Below are positions 8,338 to 17,444 of a DNA stretch of 50,649 nt, in pieces. The notes below the pieces were generated by a model. That model saw only the letters and a list, made by a program, of their open reading frames with translations. It ran no database searches and had not been told where the DNA came from. This DNA comes from a virus, in the IMG/VR virus record IMGVR_UViG_3300024520_000005, positions 1-50,649 of that record; one strand, 5' to 3'. Within the stretch, counting starts at the first letter, position 1; every line of letters starts with the position of its first letter. The translations under genes and the position numbers were made by a program.

Positions 8338-8735
8338 CCACACCAGCGCATCTCGGCACATATCCATTAGGCTTTGAGCATGTACGCATAATGGTTGATG
8401 CCCTGACTGACGGCGGGAGCTACGTTCTGCTTCCTGCCGCCGTCAGTCCTGCAACTATCACTATCGGCACGAATGATAGCTGGGAAGGTGCGCTAGACAC
8501 CCTCTACCATGAATGCGTAGAGATGACCCTTGATCGCCTTGGCTGTCAGTATCGCAAGGAGTCAAGGGAGGCTGCGGATTCATCAGCCTACATCTTTGTC
8601 ATCAGCCATGTGGAGATGGCAGAATTAACGGCGCGGATTAGTAAGGTGCTGCCAAGGATTACTCAGGACTTGCGGCGAGCATGGCTGCGACATAAGAAGG
8701 CTAGGGAAACGAAGGCTAAGAAGGAGGGGAAATGA
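8334..8735 (+). CDS. hypothetical protein (133 aa)
   Basis: ATGA overlap, GGGGAG upstream. Confidence 0.6.
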   Translation: MTTPAHLGTYPLGFEHVRIMVDALTDGGSYVLLPAAVSPATITIGTNDSWEGALDTLYHECVEMTLDRLGCQYRKESREAADSSAYIFVISHVEMAELTARISKVLPRITQDLRRAWLRHKKARETKAKKEGK

Positions 8736-9004
8736 GCAATCAGATGATAGATAATTGCGAGCTATCGCCGCTAGGTGTCGGCGTTGAAGCTAAAGAACCA
8801 TACGTCGAGGGCAAGGCTTATATGGTGGCGTGGAAACATTATGAAGAAGGATTTATAGGATGGTTCAAGTCTATCTATATGAGCGATGACGCACAGGCGA
8901 TAGAGCGGGAATGGGAGGTAGTAGATCTAGCATGGCCGAGCCATATCGAAGAAGCTACAGCCATTAAAGCTTGTGAGATTCACAGGGAGGGTGGTGGGGC
9001 ATGA
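8732..9004 (+). CDS. hypothetical protein (90 aa)
   Basis: ATGA overlap, GGAGGGGAA upstream. Confidence 0.6.
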   Translation: MSNQMIDNCELSPLGVGVEAKEPYVEGKAYMVAWKHYEEGFIGWFKSIYMSDDAQAIEREWEVVDLAWPSHIEEATAIKACEIHREGGGA

Positions 9005-9195
9005 AGATATTGCAATGCTACCAAAAATGGAGATGCCGTAGAGAATGGAAGCTCAAGTATCCCGACCCGCTTATCGTATGCCCATTATGGCGTAGTTGTT
9101 CTCATGTGGACGGAATGCTATGTGACCCGCGCCGATGCAACATGCTAGATTCACACGACGACTTAACGGAATACAGAGAGGATGAGGGGAAATGA
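9001..9195 (+). CDS. Cys-rich hypothetical protein (64 aa)
   Basis: ATGA overlap, GGGAGGGTGG upstream. Confidence 0.5.
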   Translation: MKILQCYQKWRCRREWKLKYPDPLIVCPLWRSCSHVDGMLCDPRRCNMLDSHDDLTEYREDEGK

Positions 9196-9371
9196 ATCCA
9201 TTTAAGCCCACTGCACGTCGGGATATCTCGCGGAGAGAGAAGGTGATATGTCTGGATATCGGTGCTGACCGGAAGGCAAGATTAAGCCAATTCTGCGCCA
9301 GTCGTAACATCAGCAAGACCGACATGATTAAGCAGATGATCGACCACTGTATTGAGGAGGAGGGGAAATGA
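9192..9371 (+). CDS. ribbon-helix-helix (CopG/Arc-like) DNA-binding protein (59 aa)
   Basis: ATGA overlaps at both ends. Beta-strand KVICLDIG followed by two short helices. Below the track's size cut-off. Confidence 0.45.
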   Translation: MNPFKPTARRDISRREKVICLDIGADRKARLSQFCASRNISKTDMIKQMIDHCIEEEGK

Positions 9372-9574
9372 AGAAGACAACAGGCTACGTAATCATCACA
9401 CCAGAAGGTACTATCATGGACGGCTCTAACCATACGCGCAAACGGGATGCTACCAACTTCGCGGAATACATAGAGCAGCTAACATGGAAGGATCTATACG
9501 ACTGCTACTACCGCTGCCAGAAAGTCGAGATCATTCCGATAGAAAGGAAGAAGAAGGGTGGCTATCATCACTAA
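9368..9574 (+). CDS. hypothetical protein (68 aa), last gene of the plus arm
   Basis: ATGA overlap, GGAGGGGAA upstream. Confidence 0.55.
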   Translation: MKKTTGYVIITPEGTIMDGSNHTRKRDATNFAEYIEQLTWKDLYDCYYRCQKVEIIPIERKKKGGYHH

Positions 9575-9688
9575 TCAGTCAATGCCACTTTATGCCCCTA
9601 GAAGGGATCGGAAGCCTTCACCCTACACTTACTACTAATAATCCATCCAAACGCCGTACAGGGCCTCTGACAGCCTCCTATGGGCATC

Positions 9689-10213
9689 CTACACAGTATT
9701 CCGTGGCGGCTCTATCATCAATCTCCCCGTCTGGGCATGTAGGCTGACAGTTGGTAGCAATCTCTGCAACTGTCTGTCGCCGAACATATGCTCCCATTGG
9801 GGCTTGAGCGGCTTCGGGAATATGCGATCATGCCAAGCTGCCTTGATCTTCCTGGAATGCCTGATGGCGTAGTATCTATGATAGCGCAACTGCCGCTTGA
9901 GCCAACTATTGCTAGCCTTGTGCATCAGCTTATACATCTGGTCTATCATCAGCTTGCCAGAGTCGCCTTCATGGTAGACGCCATCAGCATCTATCCTATG
10001 CTCATATATCCAATCATGTGGCGCGGCTATCACGCATTTAGGAAGCCTGAACTTCTCTGGCTCGCGGAAGTCTATGGCTACCGTATGCCCATCGAAGGTG
10101 TAGCCTGCGGGGATGAGGAAGCGCGGGAAGTCGGGGATGGCTATAATGTAGGAATAGGCGTTGACAACTGTGTGGTCCCAGAAGAACATCTTGCCGCCGT
10201 CATCTTCGCTCAT
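9689..10213 (-). CDS. DUF1353-like protein (174 aa), last gene of the minus arm
   Basis: Start moved to the ATG forming an ATGA overlap with the upstream stop. GYTFDGHT...APHDWIYEH resembles the DUF1353 signature. Confidence 0.5.
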   Translation of the reverse strand: MSEDDGGKMFFWDHTVVNAYSYIIAIPDFPRFLIPAGYTFDGHTVAIDFREPEKFRLPKCVIAAPHDWIYEHRIDADGVYHEGDSGKLMIDQMYKLMHKASNSWLKRQLRYHRYYAIRHSRKIKAAWHDRIFPKPLKPQWEHMFGDRQLQRLLPTVSLHAQTGRLMIEPPRNTV

Positions 10214-10470
10214 TGGTGATTCTTCTCCAGCGACTCGCGTATCCATTTCATGTTGGTCTTAATCTCTTTGGTGTCTATGCGCTGCTCAACCATGGCATCT
10301 TCGACACGCGATATCCTTGGGCATAGCTCCTTGATCTCGGCAGTATTGGCTATGGCTCTGAAATGAGTTTTGGTCAGGCTCCATGCAACGGTAACGATAT
10401 ATCCCATAGCCATGATGATTGCTGCTATCTGCACTTTCTTTACGATACTGCTGCGCCTTGCTGGTGTCAT
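10210..10470 (-). CDS. single-pass membrane protein with coiled-coil tail (holin or i-spanin candidate)
   Basis: N-terminal TM segment IAAIIMAMGYIVTVAW followed by a charged helical tail. GGGGAG SD. Sits in the terminal late position. Confidence 0.45.
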   Translation of the reverse strand: MTPARRSSIVKKVQIAAIIMAMGYIVTVAWSLTKTHFRAIANTAEIKELCPRISRVEDAMVEQRIDTKEIKTNMKWIRESLEKNHQ

Positions 10471-10476
10471 CTTCCC

Positions 10477-10740
10477 TTACTCCCCGTTTAGTAGTTTGTC
10501 GAGCCATTCATCATCTGGTATCGCTGCTTCCGTTGCTGCTGCTGACGCCTTTGCTCCGCTGCCGAATATCCCGAAAGGGTTAAATTGCACTCCGAACGTC
10601 ACCACTGCCTCTAGTCCCATTGGAGGCGCAAACCATAGCCTGTCGCATGACATCTCGGCATCAACTCCAGGCACCAATGTAGCTTTAAGCATACATCCCG
10701 ACATAAGCAGGCATATAGTTAGCATTGCTATTGCTTTCAT
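10477..10740 (-). CDS. lipoprotein (o-spanin candidate)
   Basis: Signal peptide ending in the lipobox-like LLMSGC. ATGA overlap with the upstream gene. Confidence 0.5.
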   Translation of the reverse strand: MKAIAMLTICLLMSGCMLKATLVPGVDAEMSCDRLWFAPPMGLEAVVTFGVQFNPFGIFGSGAKASAAATEAAIPDDEWLDKLLNGE

Positions 10741-11054
10741 CTTGCCTCCATTAGTGGCCGTATAGTTTCCCGCTCCACCTCAGTCAGAGTCACTTCCTTG
10801 AAGGGGCTGTTCCCGCTTGTCTTCATAGGATCAGCATAGACTACCTCATCATTATATGTGAATTGCACTATGGCATGATAGCGCAGCATGATGCTCCGTG
10901 GATTGTCATTCCCGTCTATGGCATACGTGATAGCATGGGCATCCTTGAAGCCTGCTTTGCGTAGCGCGTTAGCCCCACCTAATGCGTAATGGCGGCAGTC
11001 TAGGGACACCTTAGCCCATGTGGGGGCTTTGAATATGTTTGATAGCCAGCTCAT
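10737..11054 (-). CDS. minimal transglutaminase-like Cys-His-Asp peptidase-fold protein (endolysin candidate)
   Basis: DC20RHYALGGANALRKAG ... YH60AIV ... YAD75P. Spacing matches the transglutaminase-core/papain-like triad. Only 105 aa. Confidence 0.4.
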   Translation of the reverse strand: MSWLSNIFKAPTWAKVSLDCRHYALGGANALRKAGFKDAHAITYAIDGNDNPRSIMLRYHAIVQFTYNDEVVYADPMKTSGNSPFKEVTLTEVERETIRPLMEAR

Positions 11055-11079
11055 TTAGGATATGTCCTCTACGTTCATG

Positions 11080-12600
11080 CTATTCGCCAGCCCACTTCAC
11101 CGAGAAGCCTGCCTGTAGTGCCGTGAAATTGTCTGAGCCATCACTCTTACCTTGCAGGGATATGGTGGTTCCAGCAGGCAGATAAATAATGCTGCTTGCG
11201 CTAGCCGAGCCTGCGGTAGTGCCTCCGGTATCTCTCCGCTTCTTAACCCATCTGCATACGGCGTTGTTGGTGTGTATGGCAAAGGTGTATTGTGGACTAC
11301 CTCCTACGCCTGTGCCCCCCATGTGGAAGCTCGTATCATACTCGCCATCGAGAGTTGTAACCATATTGCTGCTTGTCGTGGTGACGCCTTTCCCTGTTGC
11401 CACCGCTGTCCAATTTGTGAAACGCTGGTAGCTTGTCGTTAGCGCATAGACTTCGCCAGCATCGTCATCCTTGCCTAGTGAGCCGCAGTAGGCTGGAACG
11501 TTAGTCATCCCCCCACCATCAACCATAGATAATATAGCATTCGATATAATGTTGCCGCCGAAGTTAAATACACCATCCTGTGCCGTAAACTCTAGGTAGT
11601 TGGTCGAGCCGTAGTCCGAAATGCGGAATATGCCATTGGTTGCCACAAGCCTGATCGACGCTAACCCCTCCGACCCACTCTCTGTAGCCGTGGCGAGGGT
11701 TAGGGACGCGCCATCATATGTACCATATCCGATAGTCATAAGACTTAGCGCGTCATTAACGGGGGTCATAGACCATGTGTCATCCGTGTTCACTTTTATA
11801 TTGGCATCAAACGTCTTGACTCCCGTTATGGTCTGCGCCCCCGCCTTGGTTACGACTGTCGAATCCAGTGTACCTACCCGCGTGTTCAGGCTATTAGTGG
11901 CTCCATTAAGGCTGGTAATATCTGTATAGATGCTAGTGTCAAAGGTGATCGTAGCTTCTTGGCTTGCGACCGACACGCTGCTGGTAGAGCCTTCCGCGTA
12001 GATGGCATTAGTTAGAGCCATGCTACCAGCCCCGCTAGTGATGTATGCAACAAAGGCGTCAGATGTGTCAACGATATCGTTATCATTGGTGTCGTATGTG
12101 GCAATGGTCATGTATGAACTCAGATCATTCGTGGTCCATGACGGGAACGGGAACGAGTTAGTATCGGAATACAGAGACTTCGTAACGCTTATCTTACCCT
12201 GCCAGAGAGTGCGAGAATCATTCGTAGCCGCGCCCGACCACATTGTAAGCTCAAAGTCATACACGCTGGCAGGGGGAATGTTTGTGCGATCTATGGAAAA
12301 GGTGGCGCGATAGGTGGAAGTCACAATATCATCGGGGCGTATATCTACATATGTAGTGCCTGCCTTGCTCAACCTTGCGCCCACGCTGTAGTTGGTGAGA
12401 GTCACCCATCCCGCGTTATTAGTGATATCAAGCTGGAAGTCTTGGTCATTAACATTCTGCCATTTCCAGTGAGAGTCCGTAAAGCCGCCTTCAATCTTGT
12501 CGATATTATTAGTGTCGGCATTCATATGCGTAGGGAACGCGGCAAAGGCAGCAGGGCCACCGAACATCAGGAGTGTTGCTATTAAGCGTAATGTTTTCAT
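11080..12600 (-). CDS. tail fibre / receptor-binding-like protein with N-terminal signal peptide
   Basis: MKTLRLIATLLMFGGPAAFA-AF looks like a cleavable Sec signal. The rest is T/S/N/D/W-rich and beta-like. It follows the giant internal protein as in T7-like gene order. Confidence 0.5.
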   Translation of the reverse strand: MKTLRLIATLLMFGGPAAFAAFPTHMNADTNNIDKIEGGFTDSHWKWQNVNDQDFQLDITNNAGWVTLTNYSVGARLSKAGTTYVDIRPDDIVTSTYRATFSIDRTNIPPASVYDFELTMWSGAATNDSRTLWQGKISVTKSLYSDTNSFPFPSWTTNDLSSYMTIATYDTNDNDIVDTSDAFVAYITSGAGSMALTNAIYAEGSTSSVSVASQEATITFDTSIYTDITSLNGATNSLNTRVGTLDSTVVTKAGAQTITGVKTFDANIKVNTDDTWSMTPVNDALSLMTIGYGTYDGASLTLATATESGSEGLASIRLVATNGIFRISDYGSTNYLEFTAQDGVFNFGGNIISNAILSMVDGGGMTNVPAYCGSLGKDDDAGEVYALTTSYQRFTNWTAVATGKGVTTTSSNMVTTLDGEYDTSFHMGGTGVGGSPQYTFAIHTNNAVCRWVKKRRDTGGTTAGSASASSIIYLPAGTTISLQGKSDGSDNFTALQAGFSVKWAGE

Positions 12601-12610
12601 GTAGTTCCTT

Positions 12611-15600
12611 TTATCGTGAACGGCTTAGTGTGCGCTTACGTTTCTTCTTAGAGTCACCTACGATAGCACGTTTGCCAATCTGGTAATAGCCTTTTAATGT
12701 GCGATATGGAATACCCTTCCAAAGCTGTGCAGCTTGCCCTAGCAGATCTTCCGCACTATCCAATATCTTTATAGCATCCTTTTCCCGTACAGCAGAAGCT
12801 AGCCCCTGCGCGTCATCTAGCGCATCACCAACAGCACTCGTAAGCATAAGCTGCGGCTCAAAGGAATGCGTCTTTTCGCCTGTAGTAACTAGCTGGCCTA
12901 GGGACTGTATCGAAGATGACGCTAATCCGTAATACGGGAGCGTAGACAGATTGCTGGTCAGCACAGACAACGCTTTGTCGGTAGCATAATGCTTCTTGGG
13001 CGGGATGCCTTTGAGCTTCTTGCGAGCCTCATCAATAGCCACATTCCCCGCAGCCATGATGATTGTTATAATGGTAAGGTTTCGCATAGTCCTGCCCAGT
13101 GACTGCTCACCAGCCTTGAATGCCCTGACATTATCCGCAACCATCATTAAGTTCTTGGAACGCTGACTCATAAACTTAGTGATGAGCTTCCATCCAGGCT
13201 CTTTATGGCGTAGGTATGCTGGCCTGTCTATCATGTCAAATGTAGGCTGAGTCATCCTGACAATCCTGTGAGTCTCTTTCATGGTGGCCTCAGTCAACGC
13301 CCTGCCGCCCAAGCCTGTCTCGGCTATCTTATCCCGCACAGCCGTAGCTATGCTTAGGACTACATCTCTGTCAGCATTGAGAATGGGATTCATGGACCGC
13401 TCTGCAATAGTGCGCTTGCCGTTCAGGAATGCCCTGACATCGTTCCCCGCAGCCATGTCACCTACGTCTTGATTGAATGTCAATGATGCGTACCTGTCAA
13501 AGAGCAATAGCCCCCAGTCGCCGCCCTGCTTCATATCATTAAGCGTGACGCGATTAGGTGACGCAGCGGCTTTAGCGAGTCGTGCTGCTCCTATTTGCGT
13601 AGAAGCCGAGGCGAAAGATAGATACTGCTTAGCCTTAACGAAATAGTTATAGCCTAAGGCTACGGTTGTGAGCCTGTTATTAAGCGTTGCCAGCCACTTC
13701 ATATCCCTTTTGATCGGCACAATATCAGTTTCTATTGCCAAGATGTGTTCTTCCATGGCGCGATATGCTTCTTCGCCGCCAGCCTTCTCGATAGAGTCTC
13801 GCACTTCGGGGCGAGCAAGGAACTCCTTAGCATTCTGTATAGGTTCAGCAAGGCCATGATAACGGGCTATGCTTCTAGCCCCCTGCTCTGATGTTACGAG
13901 CGCATCACCTATGACCAGAGGCTTCACGGTGCCTGTTCTGGCTATCAGGGATGAAGGCTCACCTATGGCTTCCTGTTGATACTTCCGAAAGGTTGTGAGC
14001 TTCTGCCTGTCGCGGGGATCTATATAACGCCGCACATGGTCCTCTACGGTGGCCTTGTCGTAGCCATCCACGGCAACTGATGTCTCGCTGATCTGCCGCT
14101 TCTGTGTGCCGTTCTCGTATTTGTGAAGGATTGTAGCGACCCGCTTCTCCTGAGGGGTTAGGCTGCGCTGGAATGTATCCACATCATCTGCTGTCAGCTT
14201 AAAGAGATCGCTCTTTGCGGCAGCTAATCTAAAGCCGCCATCTCTATGGAGTAGGTCTTTAATGTCGGCACTCATCATGTGCCTTGCCATAACCACGCGC
14301 TCCATGCGGGTCATCTCAATGTCTCGCCCACTCTGGAGTTTCCAGTGTATGTAATCCACACCTTTAGCCTTGGTTCTGTCGCCGCTAGGACGGGTGCGTA
14401 GGCCGAAGTCACTCCATCTACGTAGCTCCTTACGTGGAATAAGCTGCCGTATGGGGGTCAGCACTTCCTCTTGATATTCCTGATTAGCTCTCACTTCTTT
14501 AGAGCGGCCTAGATGTAAGTCTCTAACTACATACTCGCCACCTACACCATTCTCACCCTCAATGTCCCGCATCCTATATTCGGCATTCTTGACCACGCTA
14601 GCAGCGCGATCCCTTGCGCGAGTGTGAGCAGCCTGTGCTGGCGTCCTGTCTCGCCGCTTTAGCTTATCGCTATTCTTAGTGACGCCTTCGCTCATAGCCT
14701 CGGCATCTTGCTTCATGGTCCTGCTATGCCCATGTGCTATGTGATCCTGCTTCTGGTCATTGAGCTTCTTGAGATGCAGCAATGTGTTCGTTACGAGATC
14801 CACTTCATCAAGCGTCATCTCACTGAGAGGCTTCTTGTTAAGGCGTTGCAGCTTACCAAGCACTTCATCAGGAAGTCTGTGGTCAGGATTCTTCTCAAGG
14901 AACTTGGCTGTGCCATCAAGTGACATGCGTGTAGATTCGGTCATATCCGTGGGGTCGATAGATTCTATGATCTGCTTAATTGGTCCCTGATATTCAGGAC
15001 GCAGCTTCTTGAAGCCCTTGGTCTGCTTGGTGATCTTCTTAGACACCTTCCGGTATTGGGTGACAGCAACCTGCCGCTTATATTCAGATTCAATCCTGTC
15101 TATCTTCCTGATAGCTCGCTCATATTGCAGGCGAGTAGTAGCCTTATCTGCTATCCTAGCTACAGCCGCAGCTTGCCGCACAGTCAGGGTTTCTCTGGCG
15201 TACTGCTTGATATCATCCCGTAGTATCGCATGGTTACGCTTCTTACGGGCGACCTCTAGCGATATGCGCTTACGGGTTTCCACTCTGCCCACTCTCTCGC
15301 CCTCGCGTAACGCCTGTCTTTCTGCCGTCATCTGCCGCTTAATAGCCCGTACTTCGGCCATATCATCCCTGATAGATTGCCGCTCAAGCTCCCGCGCTTC
15401 TGCTGCACCAACCCGCCGTAATGCTTTAGCTAGCTGCGCTTCCGTCTTCGCACTCTTGACGGCCTTGGCTATGGTTTCTGGAACCTTCCCGCGCAAAGCT
15501 GACTTAGCATATTCGATAATAGAATCTTGGATAGCAGCCCTGTCGCCAGCCTTAGTCCTAACCTTCGCCATTAAGTCGGCGCGTTCTTCATGTCTACCCC

Positions 15601-17443
15601 AACGCTCGCCGCTTCCGAAAGCCTTACGCTCAAGCCGTAGCTGTTCAGCATGGGACACTTTATCACTCAAGGCCAAGAGTTTGGTCATCGGTATGCCACT
15701 GTCTTCCATTGCGGCGAGACGACCTGCTATCTTTGCATCTACAACATCGTTTCCGTGGGCGTCAGTGGGCCTAGGCTGCGCTATCCTTAGCTCTGAAGCT
15801 AATGCCCTACCTCCGACCTTTCGTGCAGCCCTAGCCGCATCTACGGCCTCCCTAGTGGATGCCTGCTGGAATAGGGCATCATTCAATGCTTGGCGTCGAT
15901 CAAGATGCTTCGGGGGCAGGAGGGTGAATGGTGTATGCTCCTCGCCCGCTTCAAGCTGTGGTATCTCCCGCACAGCAGGCTCAACATCTTCCCTTACTTC
16001 TTCGGGGTCGATGGCTCGCTGTACATCTTCCGGTACAGCTATATCATCTTGAACTGATGCGTCACGCGCAGGCAAGGGGGCTACTTCCCTCGACTCCCTA
16101 TGGGCTATCCATCGCGCCTTGACGCTCGCCTTGAAATCTTTGGACGCCTTCTTCATGAGCCGCGCCCTGTGTTTCTCAAAGTTGGGATCAGTGAAATCCA
16201 TGCCAGCAAACAGAACAGCCTGCGCCGTATTGACTATATTCTCTGGCCTGTTGAACCATTCCCAGAATTCGCTCTTCTTGACTTCCTTGCGCCACCATCT
16301 ATCTGTAGCGTAATCTGTCCCGACATCAGCTATCACCTGAGCCGCAAAGTTCAGGGCTTTCCTACCTACTTCGCCAGATGCGCCAGAAGGGACTATATGC
16401 TCTGCGCCGAAGCCTATGAAAGCTAGAGCCATAGACTGAGCCATGTTACCTGCTGACCGACTAAGCCTATCCTTTAGCTTGCCTTCGCCCATAGTCAAAT
16501 CAACCAGAGCATTCCCGCCGCCCATTATGGCACTTGTTCCAAGCCGCAGCTTTAGCATGGTGAGCAATGTGCGCTTAGATGGATCGGCAAGGATGCCGAG
16601 CCGCTTAGATAAGCCACCAGCAGCTACGCTACCTGTAAGCATGGAGCCAACCATGCTCATGATGCCGCTATTGACTTGCTCAAAGGTGCTTCCTGGCGTG
16701 ATGATATTGGGATCAATGCCAAGGAGTTTAAGCTCCTTCTGGACCAGCTTGTTCGATAGCCCGAAGGTGAGGCCGCTTAGTGTAGACGCATAGGCTTGTG
16801 TAGCCCCGCGACCTATGGCAAATTCAGTCTCTAACTGCTCTGCTGTGCCGCCTTTGGCTCTAGCTCGTAAGTCCGATGCTTTAATTAGCAGGTCCCTGTC
16901 GCCCGTAGCCTGTAGCTTATCGGCTTCTTCCATCAGGAATGCGCTGTATTGGTCCTGTGGTGAACCATGTCTGACGGTACGCTTGTTCAGTCCACCTTCC
17001 CGCTTCTTCCACGCCTCAAAGCCTTCTGCTAATCCGCGATCAACCTCCTGCACTTTGCTTAGTTCTGCGCGGCCTTGCTCTAAAGCTGCCTGCCTGTCGC
17101 TTTCGCTGCCAGCCCTATCTATTCGTTGCCGAGCTGTCAGGGCTATCCTTGTGCCCTGCTCCAGCCCTCTAAGGCTATCAGATGGTGTAGCAGAAGCCTG
17201 CGTCGGTTGTGGCTGCGTGGAGGCACCAGCAAGGCGTTGCAGGCTCTCAGCTACAGGGGAAGGGGTGCGTGTAGGCAAGGGGCGAGACAACACATCTTCG
17301 ATATCCACACCATCAACACTAGGAGCAGGAGCTTCCTGTGTAGGGATGGGCCGTGATAGTATGTCATCGACATCCACGCTAGGGGCTTGCGCTTCCGGTG
17401 TGGTCGGTATCGGCCTACTTAGGATATCATCTATATCAGCCAT
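12611..17443 (-). CDS. giant virion-associated (internal/ejection-type) protein, 1610 aa
   Basis: Longest ORF. N-terminal triple repeat, Gly-rich hydrophobic segments at about residues 225-350, and a long coiled-coil with a tandem 103-aa duplication. Confidence 0.55.
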   Translation of the reverse strand: MADIDDILSRPIPTTPEAQAPSVDVDDILSRPIPTQEAPAPSVDGVDIEDVLSRPLPTRTPSPVAESLQRLAGASTQPQPTQASATPSDSLRGLEQGTRIALTARQRIDRAGSESDRQAALEQGRAELSKVQEVDRGLAEGFEAWKKREGGLNKRTVRHGSPQDQYSAFLMEEADKLQATGDRDLLIKASDLRARAKGGTAEQLETEFAIGRGATQAYASTLSGLTFGLSNKLVQKELKLLGIDPNIITPGSTFEQVNSGIMSMVGSMLTGSVAAGGLSKRLGILADPSKRTLLTMLKLRLGTSAIMGGGNALVDLTMGEGKLKDRLSRSAGNMAQSMALAFIGFGAEHIVPSGASGEVGRKALNFAAQVIADVGTDYATDRWWRKEVKKSEFWEWFNRPENIVNTAQAVLFAGMDFTDPNFEKHRARLMKKASKDFKASVKARWIAHRESREVAPLPARDASVQDDIAVPEDVQRAIDPEEVREDVEPAVREIPQLEAGEEHTPFTLLPPKHLDRRQALNDALFQQASTREAVDAARAARKVGGRALASELRIAQPRPTDAHGNDVVDAKIAGRLAAMEDSGIPMTKLLALSDKVSHAEQLRLERKAFGSGERWGRHEERADLMAKVRTKAGDRAAIQDSIIEYAKSALRGKVPETIAKAVKSAKTEAQLAKALRRVGAAEARELERQSIRDDMAEVRAIKRQMTAERQALREGERVGRVETRKRISLEVARKKRNHAILRDDIKQYARETLTVRQAAAVARIADKATTRLQYERAIRKIDRIESEYKRQVAVTQYRKVSKKITKQTKGFKKLRPEYQGPIKQIIESIDPTDMTESTRMSLDGTAKFLEKNPDHRLPDEVLGKLQRLNKKPLSEMTLDEVDLVTNTLLHLKKLNDQKQDHIAHGHSRTMKQDAEAMSEGVTKNSDKLKRRDRTPAQAAHTRARDRAASVVKNAEYRMRDIEGENGVGGEYVVRDLHLGRSKEVRANQEYQEEVLTPIRQLIPRKELRRWSDFGLRTRPSGDRTKAKGVDYIHWKLQSGRDIEMTRMERVVMARHMMSADIKDLLHRDGGFRLAAAKSDLFKLTADDVDTFQRSLTPQEKRVATILHKYENGTQKRQISETSVAVDGYDKATVEDHVRRYIDPRDRQKLTTFRKYQQEAIGEPSSLIARTGTVKPLVIGDALVTSEQGARSIARYHGLAEPIQNAKEFLARPEVRDSIEKAGGEEAYRAMEEHILAIETDIVPIKRDMKWLATLNNRLTTVALGYNYFVKAKQYLSFASASTQIGAARLAKAAASPNRVTLNDMKQGGDWGLLLFDRYASLTFNQDVGDMAAGNDVRAFLNGKRTIAERSMNPILNADRDVVLSIATAVRDKIAETGLGGRALTEATMKETHRIVRMTQPTFDMIDRPAYLRHKEPGWKLITKFMSQRSKNLMMVADNVRAFKAGEQSLGRTMRNLTIITIIMAAGNVAIDEARKKLKGIPPKKHYATDKALSVLTSNLSTLPYYGLASSSIQSLGQLVTTGEKTHSFEPQLMLTSAVGDALDDAQGLASAVREKDAIKILDSAEDLLGQAAQLWKGIPYRTLKGYYQIGKRAIVGDSKKKRKRTLSRSR
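17255..17443 (-). repeat. three tandem ~20-codon repeats (D[IV]DDILSRPIPT...APSV) at the start of the giant gene
   Basis: Read directly from the translation: ADIDDILSRPIPT / VDVDDILSRPIPT / VDIEDVLSRPLPT. Confidence 0.8.
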
Positions 17444-17444
17444 G

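Noticed and set aside
9575-9688. Expected bidirectional terminator where the two arms converge
   Set aside because: Only a 5-bp GAAGG/CCTTC stem is present, with no GC-rich hairpin or U/A tracts. I cannot support a terminator call here.
10370-10765. 131-aa plus-strand ORF over the lysis-cassette genes
   Set aside because: It is antisense to ATGA-coupled minus genes that carry a lipobox and a TM segment. There are no start signals.
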